A stretch of 64,000 nt of DNA from Poseidonia sp. (GTDB lineage Archaea; Thermoplasmatota; Poseidoniia; Poseidoniales; Poseidoniaceae). The stretch covers positions 237 through 64,236 of the forward strand of contig JBMZJQ010000003.1 in the NCBI GenBank assembly GCA_049617635.1. The letters run 5' to 3'. The notes under the pieces are model-generated. The model saw only the letters and a program-made list of their open reading frames with translations, searched no databases and was not told the DNA's origin. Every line of letters starts with the position of its first letter. Position 1 is the stretch's first letter. Made by a program: the position numbers and the translations under genes. Positions 53,155 to 61,783 of this stretch are shown piece after piece.

Positions 53155-53775
53155 ATGTCAGAACAACAGCATGTCATGAAGACCGGTACAAGCACCGTTG
53201 GTATCACGTTCAAAGGTGGCGTCGTTGTTGGTGCGGACCACCGAGCCACCATGGGCCACTTCATCGCCAACAAGAGCGTTCAGAAGTTGTTCAAAATTGG
53301 TGACAACTTGGCGCTGACCACCGCTGGACTCGTCGGTCACGCACAATCCCTCTCCCGAACGTTGGCTGCAGAAGTCGCCCTGTTTGAACTTCGCCGTCAA
53401 CAACCCATGACCGTCAAAGGAGCTGCAACGCTCACTGCCAACATCCTCTCGGGACGTCCGCATTGGGTTCAACTGCTGATCGTTGGCGTTGATGACGACG
53501 GCAGCCATGTCTACTCCATCGACTCTGCCGGGGGTTCAATCCCCGATGTCTACTGCGCCACAGGTTCCGGTTCGCCTTACATGTACGGTGTGTTGGAAGA
53601 CGGTTTCAAAGAAAACATGAGCGAAGCGGAGGCCTTAAAATTGGCAGCACGAGCCCTCCATGCATCGGGACAGCGTGATGCGGCCTCCGGCAACGGCATG
53701 GATTTGGCCGTCATCACGCCCGGTTCCGGCTACCAACAAGTTTCACAAGAAGAGATTTCGAAACTCCTCAAGTGA
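53155..53775 (+). CDS. psmB: Proteasome subunit beta
   Basis: Propeptide followed by TSTVGITFKGGVVVGADHRATMG. GSGSPY. Confidence 0.9.
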   Translation: MSEQQHVMKTGTSTVGITFKGGVVVGADHRATMGHFIANKSVQKLFKIGDNLALTTAGLVGHAQSLSRTLAAEVALFELRRQQPMTVKGAATLTANILSGRPHWVQLLIVGVDDDGSHVYSIDSAGGSIPDVYCATGSGSPYMYGVLEDGFKENMSEAEALKLAARALHASGQRDAASGNGMDLAVITPGSGYQQVSQEEISKLLK

Positions 53776-53859
53776 GCGTTCAATTCCCGCGGCTGAGCCG
53801 CACTACGCCTCGGCGTATCGTGGTAACAACCATGAGCGGGAGCACCAAAGGTGAACATC

Positions 53860-55764
53860 ATGCAGATGACCTACAGAGAACTGAAAGACGAGATTGCCAA
53901 GATCATCCCCCGTTCCATCGAGTACGAAATTGATCTTGAGGCGGGCAACATCGCCATCATTACCAGCGAAATGAAGCCCTTTACGGGCCCCGACGGTTTG
54001 ATTGGCAAAATAGCCAAACGCATCAAGCGAAAGATTGTGCTTCGCTCCCCACTTGATTCAATCATGGACATGAACGATGCCAAAGACAAGATTCACGACA
54101 TCGTTCCAGCAGAGGCAGAAATTACTGAACTCTACTTTGATCCCTGCTACCGAGAGGTAACCATCCAGTGCAAGCAGCCTGGGACAGCGATTGGTCGCAA
54201 AGGCGAGAACAATTTCAGAATTCGCGACGAAACCGGATGGTCGGTCAAAGTTGAGCGGACCCCTCCACTGTTCTCAAAAACCGTTCATGACATTCGCATG
54301 TACCGCCAAACCAACGGCGAAGAACGACGAAAGTTGCTGAAGGATTTCGGTCTCAACATCCACCGCCCAACTCGGCCTGGTGGAACATGGGCCCGCGTGA
54401 CGGCTCTCGGTTCCTACCGTGAAGTGGGTCGTGCATGTCATTATGTGACGACGAACGAATCAAGAATCATGATCGATGTCGGCGTCAACATTGCATCAGA
54501 TACCGACCCGATGCCGTTTTTCAACGCCCCAGAGGCCCTTCCTCTCGAAAAACTGGATGCCGTCGTGCTGACCCACTCCCACCTTGACCACGCAGGTATG
54601 CTTCCTGTGCTCTTCAAGTACGGCTACCGTGGACCAGTGTACTGCACCCCACCCACCCGGGATTTGATGCTGCTGCTCCAGACCGACTACCTCAAGGTCG
54701 GTGGTGCTGAAGGCAAGCGTGCACCCTACGACATGGAAGACATCCGCATGTGCATGAAGCACGTGGTTGACGTCGATTGGGATTCAACCACCGACATCGC
54801 CCCCGATGTCAAGCTCACGTTTTCCAACGCAGGGCACATCTTGGGTTCCTCTGCCGTGCATCTGAACATCGCAGACGGCAAGCATAACATCGTGTTCAGC
54901 GGCGACCAAAAATACGAGAAATCGTGGTTGTTTGACGCCGCCAACACCCGCTTCCCTCGCGTTGAAACCCTCGTGATTGAATCAACATACGGTGCTTCAG
55001 GAGACTACCAACCCTCCAGACAGGAAGCCAATCAAGAGCTTCAGGACATCGTTTCACGCACCCTTTTGCGCGGTGGAAAGATGATTTGTCCTGTGTTTGC
55101 CGTCGGGCGAAGTCAAGAAGTGATGATCGCCATCGATGAACTGTTCCGTTCAGGCACCGTGAAGCCGGTGCCGGTTTGGTTGGACGGTATGATCCAGGAA
55201 GCAACAGCGATTCATGCATCCCACCCAAATTACCTCACCAAGGCACTGAGCAAATCCTTGCTCAAGGACGACGGTGAGAATCCGTTCACGAGTGAATGGT
55301 TCCGCCCCGTCAAGGGTCGAGAACTTCGAGAGAGCATCATCATGGACAACTCTCCATGCATCGTTTTGGCCACCTCTGGTATGCTGAACGGTGGGCCGGT
55401 CATGGAGTACTTCAAGAACTGGGCCCACGAAGACCGGAACTCACTTTGTTTTGTGGGCTACCAAGCCGAAGGTACCTTGGGTCGCCGGTTGCAAAAGGGC
55501 TTTGGTGAGGTTCCGATGCTCATCAACGGGAAGACCGAGATTGTGAAAATCGGGTGTGAAATGGTCACCATCGACGGTTTTTCAGGTCACTCCGACCGCC
55601 GGCAGTTGCTTGATTTCGTTGACCGCATCAACCCGCCACCAAAGAACATCATCTGCCACCACGGTGATTACCAAAAGTGCAACGAACTCGGTCTCACCCT
55701 ACGTGAGCGATACAACTGTCTGACGTTTGCGCCAAGCAACCTCGAAACGGTTCGTTTGTTCTGA
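53860..55764 (+). CDS. aCPSF1-type beta-CASP ribonuclease (KH domains + metallo-beta-lactamase + beta-CASP)
   Basis: About 635 aa. N-terminal KH-like region, HSHLDHAG (HxHxDH), ESTYG, GFSGHSD. AGGTGA SD 7 nt upstream of the ATG at 53860 (ORF-track GTG is at 53851). Confidence 0.9.
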   Translation: MQMTYRELKDEIAKIIPRSIEYEIDLEAGNIAIITSEMKPFTGPDGLIGKIAKRIKRKIVLRSPLDSIMDMNDAKDKIHDIVPAEAEITELYFDPCYREVTIQCKQPGTAIGRKGENNFRIRDETGWSVKVERTPPLFSKTVHDIRMYRQTNGEERRKLLKDFGLNIHRPTRPGGTWARVTALGSYREVGRACHYVTTNESRIMIDVGVNIASDTDPMPFFNAPEALPLEKLDAVVLTHSHLDHAGMLPVLFKYGYRGPVYCTPPTRDLMLLLQTDYLKVGGAEGKRAPYDMEDIRMCMKHVVDVDWDSTTDIAPDVKLTFSNAGHILGSSAVHLNIADGKHNIVFSGDQKYEKSWLFDAANTRFPRVETLVIESTYGASGDYQPSRQEANQELQDIVSRTLLRGGKMICPVFAVGRSQEVMIAIDELFRSGTVKPVPVWLDGMIQEATAIHASHPNYLTKALSKSLLKDDGENPFTSEWFRPVKGRELRESIIMDNSPCIVLATSGMLNGGPVMEYFKNWAHEDRNSLCFVGYQAEGTLGRRLQKGFGEVPMLINGKTEIVKIGCEMVTIDGFSGHSDRRQLLDFVDRINPPPKNIICHHGDYQKCNELGLTLRERYNCLTFAPSNLETVRLF

Positions 55765-56049
55765 TCACAACGGTCGGTCAAGGCCGATGCTCAGCGGGTC
55801 GGGTAAGGATTCTCCTGCGTAAGGCGTTTCACTGCTTCCACCATCGTTCACAGGAACGAGAGATGCTTCAATTTTTGAACCGATTTGTTGGGACGGTTTC
55901 ATGAGCATGACAAGGCCAATTCCAGTTGCAAACAAGCCTCCAAGGGCTAAAGTTAGCGTAAACTCACTTGAGGTGAATCCTGCGAAAAGAACGATGAGCA
56001 ACCCGAGGACAAGGCTGGTGAGCATCACCGGTCGAGTGCCACCTGCCAT
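55765..56049 (-). CDS. Small two-helix membrane protein
   Basis: Start at the internal ATG (MAGGTRPVMLTSLVLGLLIVLFAG...). Second helix LALGGLFATGIGLVMLM. Confidence 0.4.
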   Translation of the reverse strand: MAGGTRPVMLTSLVLGLLIVLFAGFTSSEFTLTLALGGLFATGIGLVMLMKPSQQIGSKIEASLVPVNDGGSSETPYAGESLPDPLSIGLDRPL

Positions 56050-56139
56050 GCAAGGCTTAGGACCACGGTGTTCATGAACCCGTTGTGTGTGTGTTTGTTC
56101 ATGCAAGCAGCACGTGGACCAGCATGCCCAGGATGGTTG

Positions 56140-56742
56140 ATGACCGCTGTGGCGCCTTGGGGCGAAAATGCTGAAGATGCTTTCGACCAAGGATTGGTTG
56201 AATTGGGGTTGGGCGATGTACGCCTTATCCAAGCACAGGGTGCGATGCTGCCCCTTGGCTTTGGTGTGACGCCACCGCGCCCCCTCCCGATGGGGTCCTT
56301 GGTGGAGTGCCACTTGGCGACCGCCTATGCCTGGAACGGTTCCTCTGCATCAGCAGGTGTGGCTTGGGCGTCGTGTGTGACGCCTGAAGGGGATGAGTGC
56401 GCTGTGGTTGCCACCATCACCACCGACCGTGACTACGAGGAAACGGTGTTGCTGCTTCGTCGAAACTTGCAACGGCGCCTCGCGAGTCGAGATTTGGAAG
56501 TGATTGAATTTGATGTCGCCGTTGACGAAGTCACCGCTGGTCCCGATCACCACGGCGTGGCTGTGGCGGCGCTTATCCTGCCCGATTCGTTGTCGCTTGG
56601 TGCACGAACCAAGACAGGTCCAGTCCGAGGCGCACTGACGCGAACGGCAGAGGAACCCAAGAAGCGGGTCGATACCAAGGCGCCTGCTGCACCCGCTCGA
56701 CGGCCTGGCCAGCCTCAAAACAAACATGATTTCAGCCTCTGA
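56140..56742 (+). CDS. PdaD (pyruvoyl-dependent arginine decarboxylase)-like protein lacking the self-processing Ser; basic C-terminal tail
   Basis: GENAEDAFDQGLVELGLGDVRLIQAQGAMLP...RPLPMGSLV compared with recalled M. jannaschii PdaD [31 protein letters not shown]...KLPMGALV. Start at MTAVAPW. Confidence 0.5.
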   Translation: MTAVAPWGENAEDAFDQGLVELGLGDVRLIQAQGAMLPLGFGVTPPRPLPMGSLVECHLATAYAWNGSSASAGVAWASCVTPEGDECAVVATITTDRDYEETVLLLRRNLQRRLASRDLEVIEFDVAVDEVTAGPDHHGVAVAALILPDSLSLGARTKTGPVRGALTRTAEEPKKRVDTKAPAAPARRPGQPQNKHDFSL

Positions 56743-56751
56743 GGGTGCTTC

Positions 56752-57189
56752 ATGAGCGAGGCAAGCTGGTTGGTCTTGCGTTGTTCTGGCTGTCAGCAAT
56801 GCTCCGGCCATCGTCACCAGAAAGGTCGCTGTCCCCACTGTGGTCAAGCGTTGGGGCGAGAAAGTGAGTTGGTCAAGACCGTGCTGAACGCCAATGATTT
56901 GCACATGGAAGTGGCCTTGGCCAACACGCCCGAGTCGTTGAGGGAGGACCTTCGTGCACGCATGACGGAAGGCGGCCTCCAAACGAACCAAAGCCCTCCT
57001 TCACGGTCAACCCTCTTGCAAAAACTTCGTTCTGCAGCCGATGAAGACGGTGCCATCTCAGCGCACGCCGTTCAACGTGTTTTGCGCGAATTGAGTATCG
57101 AAGAACACGTGGATTCCGTCATGGAACACGCCGAGGTCGAAGGCTTGGTCATTCGGGCTGGCCATGGGCGGTGGAGTTTTCTTGAGTGA
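56752..57189 (+). CDS. Hypothetical protein: N-terminal zinc ribbon + C-terminal winged-helix-like domain
   Basis: CSGCQQC...RCPHCG. C-terminal VLRELSIEEHVDSVMEHAEVEGLVIRAGHGRWSF. GAGGGTG SD upstream. Confidence 0.5.
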   Translation: MSEASWLVLRCSGCQQCSGHRHQKGRCPHCGQALGRESELVKTVLNANDLHMEVALANTPESLREDLRARMTEGGLQTNQSPPSRSTLLQKLRSAADEDGAISAHAVQRVLRELSIEEHVDSVMEHAEVEGLVIRAGHGRWSFLE

Positions 57190-57222
57190 AGTTCATAGGT
57201 GAGACCTCGTGGCAAAGGCCAA

Positions 57223-57300
57223 GGGCGTATGGGTTAGTTTGGCCTATACTCGGGCGTTTGGGACGCTTGGACCCAAGTTCAAATCTTGGTACGCCCACCA
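57223..57300 (+). tRNA. tRNA-Pro (anticodon UGG), genomically encoded CCA
   Basis: Folded by hand. Acceptor GGGCGTA/TACGCCC (7 bp). T-arm CCAAG-TTCAAAT-CTTGG. Anticodon arm GGGCG-TTTGGGA-CGCTT (two G.U pairs). D-arm has a 13:22 mismatch. Discriminator A followed by CCA. The 3' end overlaps the last 22 nt of the opposite-strand parvulin ORF. Confidence 0.65.
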
Positions 57301-57632
57301 TTGTCATCCGGTAGCGTGACGCTGTGCACCCAAATCAGATGGTAGCCAAATTGGGTTTTGAAAAATGCGGATGGCGGTGTTTCGAGGTCGGCGACCCACA
57401 CAGCGTCTTCAAAATCCTGTGACATCTGACCTTCAACAAATTCGCCGAGGTCGCCCCCTTTACTCCCGCTAGGGCAATTTGAGAACTTCTTTGCACATTT
57501 CTTGAACACCTTGAACGGCTTTTTCGAGGCTTGAATCTCTTCGAGAATGGTTTTCGCATCCGGTTTCGTTGCGACGAGGATGTGACGAACATGCGCCTTC
57601 CTTGGCTTTCGTCTTCGGTCATGTCTTCGCAT
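57279..57632 (-). CDS. Parvulin-type peptidyl-prolyl cis-trans isomerase (PpiC)
   Basis: HVRHILV..., CPSGSKGGDLGEF..., TQFGYHLIWV. Basic N-terminal extension. Confidence 0.8.
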   Translation of the reverse strand: MRRHDRRRKPRKAHVRHILVATKPDAKTILEEIQASKKPFKVFKKCAKKFSNCPSGSKGGDLGEFVEGQMSQDFEDAVWVADLETPPSAFFKTQFGYHLIWVHSVTLPDDNGGRTKI

Positions 57633-58560
57633 TCAACCTCAACTCCATCCGTGTACGCACGGCCAATCGGTCAAAAAGGTGCGCCATGCTCCAACACACC
57701 AAGGCCAACAGCAGCATGGGAATGCCTCGGGAGCCGAGTTCGGCTTCGAGATCGTTCGTGAACATCGGCAAAAGTGCTGACCAACCGAGGAGGTAGGCGA
57801 ACAAGGCGAACAGCGTGTGGGGCAAGAGGTTGGGTGGTTTCAGCCATGCCAGGTTTCGACGATGATGCTCACGTGCCATCATCCACCCCACCGAGACAAA
57901 GAAACGTCCACGTTTAATTCCGCTTGTTTCACTTCTATAGATTGATTGCACCGGTTTTTCCTCAATTCGCCAACCGGCTTTTGACAGATTGATGAGCCAA
58001 AAATTGGGGTAGCCATACCCTTTCCAAGAGCGCTTCCAGGGCCAATGGTTGAGCACTTCGGAAGACGTCGCCGTGTACCCGCATTGAGGGTCTTGGATGC
58101 GTTGTCCAGAGGCGAGTGTGGTGAAGAAGGCCAACAAAGACGAGGCCAACTGGCGAACGACGGGCATCCGATTGTATCCCTCTGGGTGGGATTTCCGGTT
58201 GCCTTTGACATGGTCAGCTCGACCGGCAAGAATCGGTTCGATCAGGTTCTCCATATCGTTCGGATTCATTTGACCGTCGCCAGCCATCACCACGCTCACA
58301 AAGGGTTGCCTGAGGTGTCCAAGCAGGTACTGGTGGCCTGCGTCAATAGCGGCACCAACGCCCTCGCCAGGTCCGCTGAGAACGATGACTTCACACGGTG
58401 CATCTGCGTTTCTTGCCACCGATGCGGTGTCGTCGGTCGAACGGTCGTCAACGACAACCGCCAAATCGACATCTTTTGGGAGGTGAAGCAACACATCACC
58501 AATGTGGAGCGCTTCGTTCTTGGCGGGGATCACCACGCCAACGCTCCATTTCTGGTCCAT
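57619..58560 (-). CDS. Family 2 glycosyltransferase with C-terminal TM helices (dolichyl-phosphate sugar synthase-like)
   Basis: VVIPAKNEALHIGDVL, AVVVDDRSTDDT, MAGDGQM (DxD-type), C-terminal hydrophobic helices. Confidence 0.8.
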   Translation of the reverse strand: MDQKWSVGVVIPAKNEALHIGDVLLHLPKDVDLAVVVDDRSTDDTASVARNADAPCEVIVLSGPGEGVGAAIDAGHQYLLGHLRQPFVSVVMAGDGQMNPNDMENLIEPILAGRADHVKGNRKSHPEGYNRMPVVRQLASSLLAFFTTLASGQRIQDPQCGYTATSSEVLNHWPWKRSWKGYGYPNFWLINLSKAGWRIEEKPVQSIYRSETSGIKRGRFFVSVGWMMAREHHRRNLAWLKPPNLLPHTLFALFAYLLGWSALLPMFTNDLEAELGSRGIPMLLLALVCWSMAHLFDRLAVRTRMELRLNAKT

Positions 58561-58655
58561 GGTTCGCCGAACGGTTCCGCCAAAATCAACCTATGCGTGA
58601 ACCACCGTCTTGGTTCCAATTTGGGAATAGGATTGATAGTCTCGTTCGTGAGGGC

Positions 58656-59495
58656 ATGGCCGTGAGTGAAGGTCTTCAGCGCATTGTGCTGGTAGGGCGC
58701 AACATCGAATTGAGGATTGTGTCCATCATCGTGCGAAGTCGAGAAGTCGCCTCAGAGGTGATGTTGTTTGACACAGGCTCCAACGACGAAACCGTTGAAC
58801 TCGCTCAGGAAGTCGGATGCAAGGTGGTGCACTTTCGCCAAGCGGTTTCGCTGCAGAGCTTGTGCAGTGCTTTGGACGAAGAAGGAGCCAACGGGGGAAG
58901 GACACTCTTTCTCCCCATCACGGCTGCATGGAAATTATCGGAACTCCCCCTCAGCGTCAACCGTGCTCGAGAAGAATGGGATGTTCACTATGTCTTCCAC
59001 CATGACGGCATCAAACAAGAGGACGTAGATGGCATGGTGTTTTCGGACACCAGCGTTGGCCATCTCATCGTTAGCGAATCAGGTTGTCGTGCCATGCTTG
59101 ACTTGGATGAAACATCAACACCTGCTTCGCTTGACCAGGGTCTTCGGGTGCGTCTGGTCAAAGCCGACAAACCCATTCAACTTCCTCAGCGACAATCGCT
59201 GGCGACGGCTTCCCGTTTTGCACAACTGTTCTATTGGATGCTCGAATCAAAGCATCCACTCCTGTTGTTTGGGATTCCTGGTGTCGTGCTGTTTGTTTTG
59301 GGCTACCGGCTCTCTGGTGACCTTGCGACCATGTTTACCGAATTGAATTCCACGTCAATCGGCGTGACCTTGGTCACCATTGCCATGACGCTGGTCGGTC
59401 TGTTTGCGATGATGGTGGCCTTAATTTTGTACATCATGGGGAAGCAGGTTGCTCGTGTGCAGAACCAATACAACTGGCCGAAAGGCAACCTCTGA
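58656..59495 (+). CDS. GT2-like protein with degenerate catalytic motifs and two C-terminal TM helices
   Basis: Start at MAVSEGL. VSIIVRSREVASEVMLFDTGSNDETVELAQEVGCKVVHF resembles a GT-A N-terminus. C-terminal LLLFGIPGVVLFVLGY and TLVGLFAMMVALILYIMG. Confidence 0.45.
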   Translation: MAVSEGLQRIVLVGRNIELRIVSIIVRSREVASEVMLFDTGSNDETVELAQEVGCKVVHFRQAVSLQSLCSALDEEGANGGRTLFLPITAAWKLSELPLSVNRAREEWDVHYVFHHDGIKQEDVDGMVFSDTSVGHLIVSESGCRAMLDLDETSTPASLDQGLRVRLVKADKPIQLPQRQSLATASRFAQLFYWMLESKHPLLLFGIPGVVLFVLGYRLSGDLATMFTELNSTSIGVTLVTIAMTLVGLFAMMVALILYIMGKQVARVQNQYNWPKGNL

Positions 59496-59504
59496 GGTGG
59501 CGGT

Positions 59505-60266
59505 GTGGGCGAGTATCTGGTATGTTTGGACATGGACCGTGTCCTTGTGGACCATCTCTCCACCTGGCAGTATGTCTACGACAAACTTGGTATTTCCAAT
59601 GATGAATCCTTTGAACTCTACAATCAAGGTCTGTTGGATGAATGGGCTTGGATAAAACTTGACCTTGCACTCATCAAGTCCTCTTCCGACCAGCCCATCA
59701 GCGACGAACGTTTGCGAGGATTGATGGAGGGCATGCCGATGATGAAGGGTTGGAAGACACTCATCGGCCATTTGCTTGACCTCGGCGTTCATGTGGCTAT
59801 CGTCAGCGGTGGATTGCAAAAGACAGCGAGGGACATCGCCGCATGCTTTCCATCCAACCAAACGTGGAGACGCCGATGGGGAGGCATTGATCGGCACACA
59901 GCACGAGAACAAATCGGGGGCAAGGACACAAAGCTCCACGTGTTTACCAACGGCTGGCTGAGGGACCAACCCCTCGGCGATGGTGAACATGGCATCGGAG
60001 ATTTTGGTCGATACCAAGTCCAAATGGACGGGAAGGGTGCCATCGTCAACATGCTTCAGCGGCGACTCGGTGTTGAGAAAGCACAGACGGCATCTGTTGG
60101 CGATTCAATGGGCGATGTGGGCATGTTCCAACAAAGCGCATGTGCAGTGTTGTTCAACCCATGGGACGACCGCCCACGACCCTACGCTACCCACGTTATC
60201 GAAGAGCGAGACCTTGGGCTTGTGTTGGAGCATATTTGCGATACATTCGAACTCCCAAAACCTTGA
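59505..60266 (+). CDS. HAD-superfamily phosphatase (phosphoserine phosphatase-like)
   Basis: GTG start 5 nt after GAGGTGG. Motif I LDMDRVL, VSGGL, motif IV GDSMGDVGMF. Confidence 0.7.
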   Translation: MGEYLVCLDMDRVLVDHLSTWQYVYDKLGISNDESFELYNQGLLDEWAWIKLDLALIKSSSDQPISDERLRGLMEGMPMMKGWKTLIGHLLDLGVHVAIVSGGLQKTARDIAACFPSNQTWRRRWGGIDRHTAREQIGGKDTKLHVFTNGWLRDQPLGDGEHGIGDFGRYQVQMDGKGAIVNMLQRRLGVEKAQTASVGDSMGDVGMFQQSACAVLFNPWDDRPRPYATHVIEERDLGLVLEHICDTFELPKP

Positions 60267-60291
60267 TGTTCGAGTCAGTCAACCACGACGC

Positions 60292-60399
60292 ATGGTGGTT
60301 GATGATTTTCTGACGTCGATTTGCACGCACTGTGGCTTTTTGTTGGGGGCCTTTGTCCCCGGAATGCCTTGTCCGCAATGCGGTGAGTTGCTGCTCTAA
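60292..60399 (+). CDS. Possible 35-aa zinc-ribbon miniprotein
   Basis: MVVDDFLTSICTHCGFLLGAFVPGMPCPQCGELLL (CxxC...CxxC) in the gap between the HAD gene and asnS. No SD seen. Confidence 0.2.
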   Translation: MVVDDFLTSICTHCGFLLGAFVPGMPCPQCGELLL

Positions 60400-61769
60400 G
60401 GCGTGACTCGGCGAGATGTCCGTGGAAACGGGATGACCTCGCGGATGTGGGTGGCTCCTGCAAGCCAACTCACCACTCGGTCAACCCCGAGGCCGAACCC
60501 ACCATGTGGGACGCCACCGTAGGATCGCACATCGATGTAGAATTGGTAAGGTTCACGAGGTGTTCCCTCTTCGTCAATTCTCTGGAGAATTTCCTCCTCC
60601 GACCATGTGCGCTCGCCACCACCAATGATTTCGCCGTACCCTTCGGGGGCCAGCAAATCATGGCAAAGAACGTATTTTTCATCTTCAGGGTCAACCCGGT
60701 GGTAGAAGGGCTTCGCCACCTTCGGGTAGTGTGTCAGGAAATGAGGGACGTCAAAATCTTGCGTCAACACCTTTTCTTTTGAGTAATCCAGATCTTGGCC
60801 CCATTCAACTTGAACACCCTTGCCCTGCAGGATCTCAATGGCCTCGTCATACCGCATACGCGGATACGGGTTGTCGGCGTAACGCTCAAGGAGATTCATG
60901 TCCCGCTCGAGGTAAGTAAGTTCTTCTTCACGTTCATCCAACAGGGTTCGTGCGATATGGCGAACCACACCCTCGCCGTGAGCCATGATGTCGTTGTTGG
61001 TCGCCCAGGCCATTTCCATTTCAGCGTGCCAGAATTCGGTCAAGTGGCGGCGCGTACGCGATTTTTCGGCCCTGAAAGAAGGGGCGATGGTGTAGAGCCG
61101 CTCAAGCGCAGGCATGGCGGCTTCGGCGTAGAGCTGCCAAGATTGCGTGAGGTAGGCTTGCTTCCCAAAATAGGGTACTTCGAACAAGGTTGAACCCCCT
61201 TCAACCGCCCCTGCGACGAAGTTCGGGGCTTGGTATTCGAGGAAATCATGATTCCTGAAGTAGTTGTGAATGGCGCCAAACGCTGAACTGCGGAGTTTGA
61301 GCATCGTGGTTGCTCGTGTGGTTCGCAGGTAGAGATGGCGATGGTTCAGGGTGTGTTCGGTTCCACCGTAAGTGAGTTCTCCGTCTTCGTCCTCCACCAA
61401 CATATCCGCTTCCGTGATCGGAAACGGTCGCTCGGAGTTGACCGCTCCAACGAGTTCAACGCCGGTGATGCTCAATTCATGCCCGCCATCAGCACGGTCG
61501 TCAACTCGCACCTCTCCGGTGAGCACGGCGCTTGTTTCGATGATCATGCTGCACAGCACGTCAAAGGCTTCATCGCCAAGAACGTCCCGCTTTCCGACGC
61601 ATTGCAAGGTGCCAGTGGAATCTCGGAGCACGACGAACCAAATGTTGTTGTTGCCTCGTGCACGCTTCACCCAACCTTTGAGTTCAACCGATTGACCGTC
61701 ATGTTGACCTTGACGCACATCGCCTATCCACGTGGTCTTGACCATGCTCTCACCGTTCCTTGGCACCAT
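60396..61769 (-). CDS. asnS: Asparagine--tRNA ligase (class IIb)
   Basis: OB-fold GWVKRARGNNNIWFVVLRDSTGTLQ. Motif 2 FRAEKSRTRRHLTEFWHAEMEMAW (AsnRS-type TRRHL-EFW). Motif 3 GGFGLGVDRVVSWL. An alternative ATG is at 61745. Confidence 0.75.
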   Translation of the reverse strand: MVPRNGESMVKTTWIGDVRQGQHDGQSVELKGWVKRARGNNNIWFVVLRDSTGTLQCVGKRDVLGDEAFDVLCSMIIETSAVLTGEVRVDDRADGGHELSITGVELVGAVNSERPFPITEADMLVEDEDGELTYGGTEHTLNHRHLYLRTTRATTMLKLRSSAFGAIHNYFRNHDFLEYQAPNFVAGAVEGGSTLFEVPYFGKQAYLTQSWQLYAEAAMPALERLYTIAPSFRAEKSRTRRHLTEFWHAEMEMAWATNNDIMAHGEGVVRHIARTLLDEREEELTYLERDMNLLERYADNPYPRMRYDEAIEILQGKGVQVEWGQDLDYSKEKVLTQDFDVPHFLTHYPKVAKPFYHRVDPEDEKYVLCHDLLAPEGYGEIIGGGERTWSEEEILQRIDEEGTPREPYQFYIDVRSYGGVPHGGFGLGVDRVVSWLAGATHIREVIPFPRTSRRVTP

Positions 61770-61783
61770 CCTTGCCTATGTGA

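Noticed and set aside
57244-57250. A TATACT motif that also occurs near 5295 and 22850, initially considered a shared promoter element.
   Set aside because: At this position it is part of the D-arm and anticodon-stem junction of the hand-folded tRNA-Pro. Three occurrences are too few to call a motif without computation.
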